From NCBI GenBank assembly GCA_964057225.1, contig OZ059898.1, positions 2,728,001-2,792,000 on the forward strand: DNA of 64,000 bases, given 5' to 3'. The notes beneath the pieces are model-generated. The model was not told where the DNA came from and did no database searches. It worked only from the letters and a program-made list of their open reading frames with translations. The first letter of the stretch is position 1. Every line of letters begins with the position of its first letter. Source of the DNA: Auanema rhodensis. Lineage: Eukaryota; Animalia; Nematoda. Below are positions 27,001 through 42,000 of the stretch, piece after piece. Made by a program: the position numbers and the translations under genes.

Positions 27001-30000
27001 CATTCGATGCGGATTTTTAAGCTGCGTCGATCTGTGTTATCAGATTTGCGCTAGCTTAAAAATGCACCGAGATATCAACTGATATAAGTTCACACTTATA
27101 TCCTCGATTTTCACCCTGAAGAATTAACTTTTTCGTTGAATAACATTGTCTATCGTCTTTGCCTTGAAAAATGGAATCTAAAAACATCTACTTTTTGCTA
27201 AATTATTCTGAAATTTTTCGAAAAAATTTTTGTCAAAATGTTTTTGGAAGCAATGTTGAGTGTACATGGAAACTCAACATACACTAATGCATCATTTTTC
27301 AAACGATCATAACTAATTTTTGTATTAAGCTTTTCTCAATGTAGTATAGTGCATTCGATGCGGATTTTTAAGCTGCGTCGATCTGTGTTATCAGATTTGC
27401 GCTAGCTTAAAAATGCACCGAGATATCAACTGATATAAGTTCACACTTATATCCTCGATTTTCACCCTGAAGAATTAACTTTTTCGTTGAATAACATTGT
27501 CTATCGTCTTTGCCTTGAAAAATGGAATCTAAAAACATCTACTTTTTGGTAAATTATTTTGAAATTTTTCGAAAAAATTTTTGTCAAAATGTTTTTGGAA
27601 GCAATGTTGAGTGTACATGGAAACTCAACATACACTAATGCATCATTTTTCAAACGATCATAACTAATTTTTGTATTAAGCGTTTTTCAATGTAGTATAG
27701 TGCATTCGATGCGGATTTTTAAGCTGCGTCGATCTGTGTTATCAGATTTGCGCTAGCTTAAAAATGCACCGAGATATCAACTGATATAAGTTCACACTTA
27801 TATCCTCGATTTTCACCCTGAAGAAATAATTTTTTCGTTGAATATTATTGTCCATCGTCTTTGCCTTGAAAAATGGAATCTTGAAACATCTACTTTTTGC
27901 TAAATTATTTTGAAATTTTTCGAAAAAATTTTTGTCAAAATGTTTTTGGAAGCAATGTTGAGTGTACATGGAAACTCAACATACACTAATGCATCATTTT
28001 TCAAACGATCATAACTAATTTTTGTATCAAGTGTTTCTCAATGTAATATAGTGCATTCGATGCGGATTTTTAAGCTGCGTCGATCTGTGTTATCAGATTT
28101 GCGCTAGCTTAAAAATGCACCGAGATATCAACTGATATAAGTTCACACTTATATCCTCGATTTTCACCCTGAAGAATTAACTTTTTCGTTGAATAACATT
28201 GTCTATCGTCTTTGCCTTGAAAAATGGAATCTAAAAACATCTACTTTTTGCTAAATTATTCTGAAATTTTTCGAAAAAATTTTTGTCAAAATGTTTTTGG
28301 AAGCAATGTTGAGTGTACATGGAAACTCAACATACACTAATGCATCATTTTTCAAACGATCATAACTAATTTTTGTATTAAGCTTTTCTCAATGTAGTAT
28401 AGTGCATTCGATGCGGATTTTTAAGCTGCGTCGATCTGTGTTATCAGATTTGCGCTAGCTTAAAAATGCACCGAGATATCAACTGATATAAGTTCACACT
28501 TATATCCTCGATTTTCACCCTGAAGAATTAACTTTTTCGTTGAATAACATTGTCTATCGTCTTTGCCTTGAAAAATGGAATCTAAAAACATCTACTTTTT
28601 GGTAAATTATTTTGAAATTTTTCGAAAAAATTTTTGTCAAAATGTTTTTGGAAGCAATATTGAGTGTACATGGAAACTCAACATACACTAATGCATCATT
28701 TTTCAAACGATCATAACTAATTTTTGTATTAAGCGTTTTTCAATGTAGTATAGTGCATTCGATGCGGATTTTTAAGCTGCGTCGATCTGTGTTATCAGAT
28801 TTGCGCTAGCTTAAAAATGCACCGAGATATCAACTGATATAAGTTCACACTTATATCCTCGATTTTCACCCTGAAGAAATAATTTTTTCGTTGAATATTA
28901 TTGTCCATCGTCTTTGCCTTGAAAAATGGAATCTTGAAACATCTACTTTTTGCTAAATTATTTTGAAATTTTTCGAAAAAAGTTTTGTCAAAATGTTTTT
29001 GGAAGCAATGTTGAGTGTACATGGAAACTCAACATACACTAATGCATCATTTTTCAAACGATCATAACTAATTTTTGTATCAAGTGTTTCTCAATGTAAT
29101 ATAGTGCATTCGATGCGGATTTTTAAGCTGCGTCGATCTGTGTTATCAGATTTGCGCTAGCTTAAAAATGCACCGAGATATCAACTGATATAAGTTCACA
29201 CTTATATCCTCGATTTTCACCCTGAAGAATTAATTTTTTCGTTGAATAACATTGTCCATCGTCTTTGCCTTGAAAAATGGAATCTAAAAACATCTACTTT
29301 TTGCTAAATTATTTTGAAATTTTTCGAAACAATTTTTGTCAAAATGTTTTTGGAAGCAATGTTGAGTGTACATGGAAACTCAACATACACTAATGCATCA
29401 TTTTTCAAACGGTCATAACTAATTTTTGTATCAAGCGTTTCTTAATGTAGTATAGTGCATTCGATCCGGATTTTCAAGCTGCGTCGATCTGTGTTATCAG
29501 ATTTGCGCTAGCTTAAAAATGCACCGAGATATCAACTGATATAAGTTCACACTTATATCCTCGATTTTCACCCTGAAGAATTAATTTTTTTGTTGAATAA
29601 CATTGTCCATCGTCTTTGCCTTGAAAAATGGAATCTAAAAACATCTACTTTTTGCTAAATTATTTTGAAATTTTTCGAAAAAATTTTTGTCAAAATGTTT
29701 TTGGAAGCAATGTTGAGTGTACATGGAAACTCAACATACACTAATGCATCATTTTTCAAACGGTCATAACTAATTTTTGTATCAAGCGTTTCTTAATGTA
29801 GTATAGTGCATTCGATCCGGATTTTTAAGCTGCGTCGATCTGTTTTATCAGATTTGCGCTAGCTTAAAAATGCACCGAGATATCAACTGATATAAGTTCA
29901 CACTTATATCCTCGATTTTCACCCTGAAGAATTAATTTTTTTGTTGAATAACATTGTCCATCGTCTTTGCCTTGAAAAATGGAATCTAAAAACATCTACT

Positions 30001-33000
30001 TTTTGCTAAATTATTTTGAAATTTTTCGAAAAAATTTTTGTCAAAATGTTTTTGGAAGCAATGTTGAGTGTACATGGAAACTCAACATACACTAATGCAT
30101 CATTTTTCAAACGATCATAACTAATTTTTGTATTAAGCTTTTCTCAATGTAGTATAGTGCATTCGATGCGGATTTTTAAGCTGCGTCGATCTGTGTTATC
30201 AGATTTGCGCTAGCTTAAAAATGCACCGAGATATCAACTGATATAAGTTCACACTTATATCCTCGATTTTCACCCTGAAGAATTAACTTTTTCGTTGAAT
30301 AACATTGTCTATCGTCTTTGCCTTGAAAAATGGAATCTAAAAACATCTACTTTTTGGTAAATTATTTTGAAATTTTTCGAAAAAATTTTTGTCAAAATGT
30401 TTTTGGAAGCAATGTTGAGTGTACATGGAAACTCAACATACACTAATGCATCATTTTTCAAACGATCATAACTAATTTTTGTATTAAGCGTTTTTCAATG
30501 TAGTATAGTGCATTCGATGCGGATTTTTAAGCTGCGTCGATCTGTGTTATCAGATTTGCGCTAGCTTAAAAATGCACCGAGATATCAACTGATATAAGTT
30601 CACACTTATATCCTCGATTTTCACCCTGAAGAAATAATTTTTTCGTTGAATATTATTGTCCATCGTCTTTGCCTTGAAAAATGGAATCTTGAAACATCTA
30701 TTTTTTGCTAAATTATTTTGAAATTTTTCGAAAAAATTTTTGTCAAAATGTTTTTGGAAGCAATGTTGAGTGTACATGGAAACTCAACATACACTAATGC
30801 ATCATTTTTCAAACGATCATAACTAATTTTTGTATCAAGTGTTTCTCAATGTAATATAGTGCATTCGATGCGGATTTTTAAGCTGCGTCGATCTGTGTTA
30901 TCAGATTTGCGCTAGCTTAAAAATGCACCGAGATATCAACTGATATAAGTTCACACTTATATCCTCGATTTTCACCCTGAAGAATTAATTTTTTCGTTGA
31001 ATAACATTGTCCATCGTCTTTGCCTTGAAAAATGGAATCTAAAAACATCTACTTTTTGCTAAATTATTTTGAAATTTTTCGAAACAATTTTTGTCAAAAT
31101 GTTTTTGGAAGCAATGTTGAGTGTACATGGAAACTCAACATACACTAATGCATCATTTTTCAAACGGTCATAACTAATTTTTGTATCAAGCGTTTCTTAA
31201 TGTAGTATAGTGCATTCGATCCGGATTTTTAAGCTGCGTCGATCTGTGTTATCAGATTTGCGCTAGCTTAAAAATGCACCGAGATATCAACTGATATAAG
31301 TTCACACTTATATCCTCGATTTTCACCCTGAAGAATTAATTTTTTTGTTGAATAACATTGTCCATCGTCTTTGCCTTGAAAAATGGAATCTAAAAACATC
31401 TACTTTTTGCTAAATTATTTTGAAATTTTTCGAAAAAATTTTTGTCAAAATGTTTTTGGAAGCAATGTTGAGTGTACATGGAAACTCAACATACACTAAT
31501 GCATCATTTTTCAAACGGTCATAACTAATTTTTGTATCAAGCGTTTCTTAATGTAGTATAGTGCATTCGATCCGGATTTTTAAGCTGCGTCGATCTGTGT
31601 TATCAGATTTGCGCTAGCTTAAAAATGCACCGAGATATCAACTGATATAAGTTCACACTTATATCCTCGATTTTCACCCTGAAGAATTAATTTTTTTGTT
31701 GAATAACATTGTCCATCGTCTTTGCCTTGAAAAATGGAATCTAAAAACATCTACTTTTTGCTAAATTATTTTGAAATTTTTCGAAAAAATTTTTGTCAAA
31801 ATGTTTTTGGAAGCAATGTTGAGTGTACATGGAAACTCAACATACACTAATGCATCATTTTTCAAACGATCATAACTAATTTTTGTATTAAGCTTTTCTC
31901 AATGTAGTATAGTGCATTCGATGCGGATTTTTAAGCTGCGTCGATCTGTGTTATCAGATTTGCGCTAGCTTAAAAATGCACCGAGATATCAACTGATATA
32001 AGTTCACACTTATATCCTCGATTTTCACCCTGAAGAATTAACTTTTTCGTTGAATAACATTGTCTATCGTCTTTGCCTTGAAAAATGGAATCTAAAAACA
32101 TCTACTTTTTGCTAAATTATTCTGAAATTTTTCGAAAAAATTTTTGTCAAAATGTTTTTGGAAGCAATGTTGAGTGTACATGGAAACTCAACATACACTA
32201 ATGCATCATTTTTCAAACGATCATAACTAATTTTTGTATTAAGCTTTTCTCAATGTAGTATAGTGCATTCGATGCGGATTTTTAAGCTGCGTCGATCTGT
32301 GTTATCAGATTTGCGCTAGCTTAAAAATGCACCGAGATATCAACTGATATAAGTTCACACTTATATCCTCGATTTTCACCCTGAAGAATTAACTTTTTCG
32401 TTGAATAACATTGTCTATCGTCTTTGCCTTGAAAAATGGAATCTAAAAACATCTACTTTTTGCTAAATTATTCTGAAATTTTTCGAAAAAATTTTTGTCA
32501 AAATGTTTTTGGAAGCAATGTTGAGTGTACATGGAAACTCAACATACACTAATGCATCATTTTTCAAACGATCATAACTAATTTTTGTATTAAGCTTTTC
32601 TCAATGTAGTATAGTGCATTCGATGCGGATTTTTAAGCTGCGTCGATCTGTGTTATCAGATTTGCGCTAGCTTAAAAATGCACCGAGATATCAACTGATA
32701 TAAGTTCACACTTATATCCTCGATTTTCACCCTGAAGAATTAACTTTTTCATTGAATAACATTGTCTATCGTCTTTGCCTTGAAAAATGGAATCTAAAAA
32801 CATCTACTTTTTGGTAAATTATTTTGAAATTTTTCGAAAAAATTTTTGTCAAAATGTTTTTGGAAGCAATGTTGAGTGTACATGGAAACTCAACATACAC
32901 TAATGCATCATTTTTCAAACGATCATAACTAATTTTTGTATTAAGCGTTTTTCAATGTAGTATAGTGCATTCGATGCGGATTTTTAAGCTGCGTCGATCT

Positions 33001-36000
33001 GTGTTATCAGATTTGCGCTAGCTTAAAAATGCACCGAGATATCAACTGATATAAGTTCACACTTATATCCTCGATTTTCACCCTGAAGAAATAATTTTTT
33101 CGTTGAATATTATTGTCCATCGTCTTTGCCTTGAAAAATGGAATCTTGAAACATCTACTTTTTGCTAAATTATTTTGAAATTTTTCGAAAAAATTTTTGT
33201 CAAAATGTTTTTGGAAGCAATGTTGAGTGTACATGGAAACTCAACATACACTAATGCATCATTTTTCAAACGATCATAACTAATTTTTGTATCAAGTGTT
33301 TCTCAATGTAATATAGTGCATTCGATGCGGATTTTTAAGCTGCGTCGATCTGTGTTATCAGATTTGCGCTAGCTTAAAAATGCACCGAGATATCAACTGA
33401 TATAAGTTCACACTTATATCCTCGATTTTCACCCTGAAGAATTAACTTTTTCGTTGAATAACATTGTCTATCGTCTTTGCCTTGAAAAATGGAATCTAAA
33501 AACATCTACTTTTTGCTAAATTATTCTGAAATTTTTCGAAAAAATTTTTGTCAAAATGTTTTTGGAAGCAATGTTGAGTGTACATGGAAACTCAACATAC
33601 ACTAATGCATCATTTTTCAAACGATCATAACTAATTTTTGTATCAAGTGTTTCTCAATGTAATATAGTGCATTCGATGCGGATTTTTAAGCTGCGTCGAT
33701 CTGTGTTATCAGATTTGCGCTAGCTTAAAAATGCACCGAGATATCAACTGATATAAGTTCACACTTATATCCTCGATTTTCACCCTGAAGAATTAATTTT
33801 TTCGTTGAATAACATTGTCCATCGTCTTTGCCTTGAAAAATGGAATCTAAAAACATCTACTTTTTGCTAAATTATTTTGAAATTTTTCGAAACAATTTTT
33901 GTCAAAATGTTTTTGGAAGCAATGTTGAGTGTACATGGAAACTCAACATACACTAATGCATCATTTTTCAAACGGTCATAACTAATTTTTGTATCAAGCG
34001 TTTCTTAATGTAGTATAGTGCATTCGATCCGGATTTTTAAGCTGCGTCGATCTGTGTTATCAGATTTGCGCTAGCTTAAAAATGCACCGAGATATCAACT
34101 GATATATGTTCACACTTATATCCTCGATTTTCACCCTGAAGAATTAATTTTTTTGTTGAATAACATTGTCCATCGTCTTTGCCTTGAAAAATGGAATCTA
34201 AAAACATCTACTTTTTGCTAAATTATTTTGAAATTTTTCGAAAAAATTTTTGTCAAAATGTTTTTGGAAGCAATGTTGAGTGTACATGGAAACTCAACAT
34301 ACACTAATGCATCATTTTTCAAACGGTCATAACTAATTTTTGTATCAAGCGTTTCTTAATGTAGTATAGTGCATTCGATCCGGATTTTTAAGCTGCGTCG
34401 ATCTGTGTTATCAGATTTGCGCTAGCTTAAAAATGCACCGAGATATCAACTGATATAAGTTCACACTTATATCCTCGATTTTCACCCTGAAGAATTAATT
34501 TTTTTGTTGAATAACATTGTCCATCGTCTTTGCCTTGAAAAATGGAATCTAAAAACATCTACTTTTTGCTAAATTATTTTGAAATTTTTCGAAAAAATTT
34601 TTGTCAAAATGTTTTTGGAAGCAATGTTGAGTGTACATGGAAACTCAACATACACTAATGCATCATTTTTCAAACGATCATAACTAATTTTTGTATTAAG
34701 CTTTTCTCAATGTAGTATAGTGCATTCGATGCGGATTTTTAAGCTGCGTCGATCTGTGTTATCAGATTTGCGCTAGCTTAAAAATGCACCGAGATATCAA
34801 CTGATATAAGTTCACACTTATATCCTCGATTTTCACCCTGAAGAATTAACTTTTTCGTTGAATAACATTGTCTATCGTCTTTGCCTTGAAAAATGGAATC
34901 TAAAAACATCTACTTTTTGCTAAATTATTCTGAAATTTTTCGAAAAAATTTTTGTCAAAATGTTTTTGGAAGCAATGTTGAGTGTACATGGAAACTCAAC
35001 ATACACTAATGCATCATTTTTCAAACGATCATAACTAATTTTTGTATTAAGCTTTTCTCAATGTAGTATAGTGCATTCGATGCGGATTTTTAAGCTGCGT
35101 CGATCTGTGTTATCAGATTTGCGCTAGCTTAAAAATGCACCGAGATATCAACTGATATAAGTTCACACTTATATCCTCGATTTTCACCCTGAAGAATTAA
35201 CTTTTTCGTTGAATAACATTGTCTATCGTCTTTGCCTTGAAAAATGGAATCTAAAAACATCTACTTTTTGCTAAATTATTCTGAAATTTTTCGAAAAAAT
35301 TTTTGTCAAAATGTTTTTGGAAGCAATGTTGAGTGTACATGGAAACTCAACATACACTAATGCATCATTTTTCAAACGATCATAACTAATTTTTGTATTA
35401 AGCTTTTCTCAATGTAGTATAGTGCATTCGATGCGGATTTTTAAGCTGCGTCGATCTGTGTTATCAGATTTGCGCTAGCTTAAAAATGCACCGAGATATC
35501 AACTGATATAAGTTCACACTTATATCCTCGATTTTCACCCTGAAGAATTAACTTTTTCGTTGAATAACATTGTCTATCGTCTTTGCCTTGAAAAATGGAA
35601 TCTAAAAACATCTACTTTTTGGTAAATTATTTTGAAATTTTTCGAAAAAATTTTTGTCAAAATGTTTTTGGAAGCAATGTTGAGTGTACATGGAAACTCA
35701 ACATACACTAATGCATCATTTTTCAAACGATCATAACTAATTTTTGTATCAAGTGTTTCTCAATGTAATATAGTGCATTCGATGCGGATTTTTAAGCTGC
35801 GTCGATCTGTGTTATCAGATTTGCGCTAGCTTAAAAATGCACCGAGATATCAACTGATATAAGTTCACACTTATATCCTCGATTTTCACCCTGAAGAATT
35901 AACTTTTTCGTTGAATAACATTGTCTATCGTCTTTGCCTTGAAAAATGGAATCTTGAAACATCTACTTTTTGCTAAATTATTTTGAAATTTTTCGAAAAA

Positions 36001-39000
36001 ATTTTTGTCAAAATGTTTTTGGAAGCAATGTTGAGTGTACATGGAAACTCAACATACACTAATGCATCATTTTTCAAACGGTCATAACTAATTTTTGTAT
36101 CAAGCGTTTCTTAATGTAGTATAGTGCATTCGATCCGGATTTTTAAGCTGCGTCGATCTGTGTTATCAGATTTGCGCTAGCTTAAAAATGCACCGAGATA
36201 TCAACTGATATAAGTTCACACTTATATCCTCGATTTTCACCCTGAAGAATTAATTTTTTTGTTGAATAACATTGTCCATCGTCTTTGCCTTGAAAAATGG
36301 AATCTAAAAACATCTACTTTTTGCTAAATTATTTTGAAATTTTTCGAAAAAATTTTTGTCAAAATGTTTTTGGAAGCAATGTTGAGTGTACATGGAAACT
36401 CAACATACACTAATGCATCATTTTTCAAACGGTCATAACTAATTTTTGTATCAAGCGTTTCTTAATGTAGTATAGTGCATTCGATCCGGATTTTTAAGCT
36501 GCGTCGATCTGTGTTATCAGATTTGCGCTAGCTTAAAAATGCACCGAGATATCAACTGATATAAGTTCACACTTATATCCTCGATTTTCACCCTGAAGAA
36601 TTAATTTTTTTGTTGAATAACATTGTCCATCGTCTTTGCCTTGAAAAATGGAATCTAAAAACATCTACTTTTTGGTAAATTATTTTGAAATTTTTCGAAA
36701 AAATTTTTGTCAAAATGTTTTTGGAAGCAATGTTGAGTGTACATGGAAACTCAACATACACTAATGCATCATTTTTCAAACGATCATAACTAATTTTTGT
36801 ATTAAGCGTTTTTCAATGTAGTATAGTGCATTCGATCCGGATTTTTAAGCTGCGTCGATCTGTGTTATCAGATTTGCGCTAGCTTAAAAATGCACCGAGA
36901 TATCAACTGATATAAGTTCACACTTATATCCTCGATTTTCACCCTGAAGAATTAACTTTTTCGTTGAATAACATTGTCTATCGTCTTTGCCTTGAAAAAT
37001 GGAATCTAAAAACATCTACTTTTTGGTAAATTATTTTGAAATTTTTCGAAAAAATTTTTGTCAAAATGTTTTTGGAAGCAATGTTGAGTGTACATGGAAA
37101 CTCAACATACACTAATGCATCATTTTTCAAACGATCATAACTAATTTTTGTATTAAGCGTTTTTCAATGTAGTATAGTGCATTCGATGCGGATTTTTAAG
37201 CTGCGTCGATCTGTGTTATCAGATTTGCGCTAGCTTAAAAATGCACCGAGATATCAACTGATATAAGTTCACACTTATATCCTCGATTTTCACCCTGAAG
37301 AAATAATTTTTTCGTTGAATATTATTGTCCATCGTCTTTGCCTTGAAAAATGGAATCTTGAAACATCTACTTTTTGCTAAATTATTTTGAAATTTTTCGA
37401 AAAAATTTTTGTCAAAATGTTTTTGGAAGCAATGTTGAGTGTACATGGAAACTCAACATACACTAATGCATCATTTTTCAAACGATCATAACTAATTTTT
37501 GTATCAAGTGTTTCTCAATGTAATATAGTGCATTCGATGCGGATTTTTAAGCTGCGTCGATCTGTGTTATCAGATTTGCGCTAGCTTAAAAATGCACCGA
37601 GATATCAACTGATATAAGTTCACACTTATATCCTCGATTTTCACCCTGAAGAATTAACTTTTTCGTTGAAAAACATTGTCTATCGTCTTTGCCTTGAAAA
37701 ATGGAATCTTGAAACATCTACTTTTTGCTAAATTATTTTGAAATTTTTCGAAAAAATTTTTGTCAAAATGTTTTTGGAAGCAATGTTGAGTGTACATGGA
37801 AACTCAACATACACTAATGCATCATTTTTCAAACGGTCATAACTAATTTTTGTATCAAGCGTTTCTTAATGTAGTATAGTGCATTCGATCCGGATTTTTA
37901 AGCTGCGTCGATCTGTGTTATCAGATTTGCGCTAGCTTAAAAATGCACCGAGATATCAACTGATATAAGTTCACACTTATATCCTCGATTTTCACCCTGA
38001 AGAATTAATTTTTTTGTTGAATAACATTGTCCATCGTCTTTGCCTTGAAAAATGGAATCTAAAAACATCTACTTTTTGCTAAATTATTTTGAAATTTTTC
38101 GAAAAAATTTTTGTCAAAATGTTTTTGGAAGCAATGTTGAGTGTACATGGAAACTCAACATACACTAATGCATCATTTTTCAAACGGTCATAACTAATTT
38201 TTGTATCAAGCGTTTCTTAATGTAGTATAGTGCATTCGATCCGGATTTTTAAGCTGCGTCGATCTGTGTTATCAGATTTGCGCTAGCTTAAAAATGCACC
38301 GAGATATCAACTGATATAAGTTCACACTTATATCCTCGATTTTCACCCTGAAGAATTAATTTTTTTGTTGAATAACATTGTCCATCGTCTTTGCCTTGAA
38401 AAATGGAATCTAAAAACATCTACTTTTTGCTAAATTATTTTGAAATTTTTCGAAAAAATTTTTGTCAAAATGTTTTTGGAAGCAATGTTGAGTGTACATG
38501 GAAACTCAACATACACTAATGCATCATTTTTCAAACGATCATAACTAATTTTTGTATTAAGCTTTTCTCAATGTAGTATAGTGCATTCGATGCGGATTTT
38601 TAAGCTGCGTCGATCTGTGTTATCAGATTTGCGCTAGCTTAAAAATGCACCGAGATATCAACTGATATAAGTTCACACTTATATCCTCGATTTTCACCCT
38701 GAAGAATTAACTTTTTCGTTGAATAACATTGTCTATCGTCTTTGCCTTGAAAAATGGAATCTAAAAACATCTACTTTTTGCTAAATTATTCTGAAATTTT
38801 TCGAAAAAATTTTTGTCAAAATGTTTTTGGAAGCAATGTTGAGTGTACATGGAAACTCAACATACACTAATGCATCATTTTTCAAACGATCATAACTAAT
38901 TTTTGTATTAAGCTTTTCTCAATGTAGTATAGTGCATTCGATGCGGATTTTTAAGCTGCGTCGATCTGTGTTATCAGATTTGCGCTAGCTTAAAAATGCA

Positions 39001-42000
39001 CCGAGATATCAACTGATATAAGTTCACACTTATATCCTCGATTTTCACCCTGAAGAATTAACTTTTTCGTTGAATAACATTGTCTATCGTCTTTGCCTTG
39101 AAAAATGGAATCTAAAAACATCTACTTTTTGCTAAATTATTCTGAAATTTTTCGAAAAAATTTTTGTCAAAATGTTTTTGGAAGCAATGTTGAGTGTACA
39201 TGGAAACTCAACATACACTAATGCATCATTTTTCAAACGATCATAACTAATTTTTGTATTAAGCTTTTCTCAATGTAGTATAGTGCATTCGATGCGGATT
39301 TTTAAGCTGCGTCGATCTGTGTTATCAGATTTGCGCTAGCTTAAAAATGCACCGAGATATCAACTGATATAAGTTCACACTTATATCCTCGATTTTCACC
39401 CTGAAGAATTAACTTTTTCGTTGAATAACATTGTCTATCGTCTTTGCCTTGAAAAATGGAATCTAAAAACATCTACTTTTTGGTAAATTATTTTGAAATT
39501 TTTCGAAAAAATTTTTGTCAAAATGTTTTTGGAAGCAATGTTGAGTGTACATGGAAACTCAACATACACTAATGCATCATTTTTCAAACGATCATAACTA
39601 ATTTTTGTATTAAGCGTTTTTCAATGTAGTATAGTGCATTCGATGCGGATTTTTAAGCTGCGTCGATCTGTGTTATCAGATTTGCGCTAGCTTAAAAATG
39701 CACCGAGATATCAACTGATATAAGTTCACACTTATATCCTCGATTTTCACCCTGAAGAAATAATTTTTTCGTTGAATATTATTGTCCATCGTCTTTGCCT
39801 TGAAAAATGGAATCTTGAAACATCTACTTTTTGCTAAATTATTTTGAAATTTTTCGAAAAAATTTTTGTCAAAATGTTTTTGGAAGCAATGTTGAGTGTA
39901 CATGGAAACTCAACATACACTAATGCATCATTTTTCAAACGATCATAACTAATTTTTGTATCAAGTGTTTCTCAATGTAATATAGTGCATTCGATGCGGA
40001 TTTTTAAGCTGCGTCGATCTGTGTTATCAGATTTGCGCTAGCTTAAAAATGCACCGAGATATCAACTGATATAAGTTCACACTTATATCCTCGATTTTCA
40101 CCCTGAAGAATTAACTTTTTCGTTGAATAACATTGTCTATCGTCTTTGCCTTGAAAAATGGAATCTAAAAACATCTACTTTTTGCTAAATTATTCTGAAA
40201 TTTTTCGAAAAAATTTTTGTCAAAATGTTTTTGGAAGCAATGTTGAGTGTACATGGAAACTCAACATACACTAATGCATCATTTTTCAAACGATCATAAC
40301 TAATTTTTGTATTAAGCTTTTCTCAATGTAGTATAGTGCATTCGATGCGGATTTTTAAGCTGCGTCGATCTGTGTTATCAGATTTGCGCTAGCTTAAAAA
40401 TGCACCGAGATATCAACTGATATAAGTTCACACTTATATCCTCGATTTTCACCCTGAAGAATTAACTTTTTCGTTGAATAACATTGTCTATCGTCTTTGC
40501 CTTGAAAAATGGAATCTAAAAACATCTACTTTTTGGTAAATTATTTTGAAATTTCTCGAAAAAATTTTTGTCAAAATGTTTTTGGAAGCAATGTTGAGTG
40601 TACATGGAAACTCAACATACACTAATGCATCATTTTTCAAACGATCATAACTAATTTTTGTATTAAGCGTTTTTCAATGTAGTATAGTGCATTCGATGCG
40701 GATTTTTAAGCTGCGTCGATCTGTGTTATCAGATTTGCGCTAGCTTAAAAATGCACCGAGATATCAACTGATATAAGTTCACACTTATATCCTCGATTTT
40801 CACCCTGAAGAAATAATTTTTTCGTTGAATATTATTGTCCATCGTCTTTGCCTTGAAAAATGGAATCTTGAAACATCTACTTTTTGCTAAATTATTTTGA
40901 AATTTTTCGAAAAAAGTTTTGTCAAAATGTTTTTGGAAGCAATGTTGAGTGTACATGGAAACTCAACATACACTAATGCATCATTTTTCAAACGATCATA
41001 ACTAATTTTTGTATCAAGTGTTTCTCAATGTAATATAGTGCATTCGGATGCGGATTTTTAAGCTGCGTCGATCTGTGTTATCAGATTTGCGCTAGCTTAA
41101 AAATGCACCGAGATATCAACTGATATAAGTTCACACTTATATCCTCGATTTTCACCCTGAAGAATTAATTTTTTCGTTGAATAACATTGTCCATCGTCTT
41201 TGCCTTGAAAAATGGAATCTAAAAACATCTACTTTTTGCTAAATTATTTTGAAATTTTTCGAAACAATTTTTGTCAAAATGTTTTTGGAAGCAATGTTGA
41301 GTGTACATGGAAACTCAACATACACTAATGCATCATTTTTCAAACGGTCATAACTAATTTTTGTATCAAGCGTTTCTTAATGTAGTATAGTGCATTCGAT
41401 CCGGATTTTCAAGCTGCGTCGATCTGTGTTATCAGATTTGCGCTAGCTTAAAAATGCACCGAGATATCAACTGATATAAGTTCACACTTATATCCTCGAT
41501 TTTCACCCTGAAGAATTAATTTTTTTGTTGAATAACATTGTCCATCGTCTTTGCCTTGAAAAATGGAATCTAAAAACATCTACTTTTTGCTAAATTATTT
41601 TGAAATTTTTCGAAAAAATTTTTGTCAAAATGTTTTTGGAAGCAATGTTGAGTGTACATGGAAACTCAACATACACTAATGCATCATTTTTCAAACGGTC
41701 ATAACTAATTTTTGTATCAAGCGTTTCTTAATGTAGTATAGTGCATTCGATCCGGATTTTTAAGCTGCGTCGATCTGTGTTATCAGATTTGCGCTAGCTT
41801 AAAAATGCACCGAGATATCAACTGATATAAGTTCACACTTATATCCTCGATTTTCACCCTGAAGAATTAATTTTTTTGTTGAATAACATTGTCCATCGTC
41901 TTTGCCTTGAAAAATGGAATCTAAAAACATCTACTTTTTGCTAAATTATTTTGAAATTTTTCGAAAAAATTTTTGTCAAAATGTTTTTGGAAGCAATGTT

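Noticed and set aside
14476-36779. Two 63-aa ORFs (MKNDALVY...) at 14476-14667 and 36588-36779
   Set aside because: They arise from sporadic SNP combinations removing stops in another frame of the same repeat.
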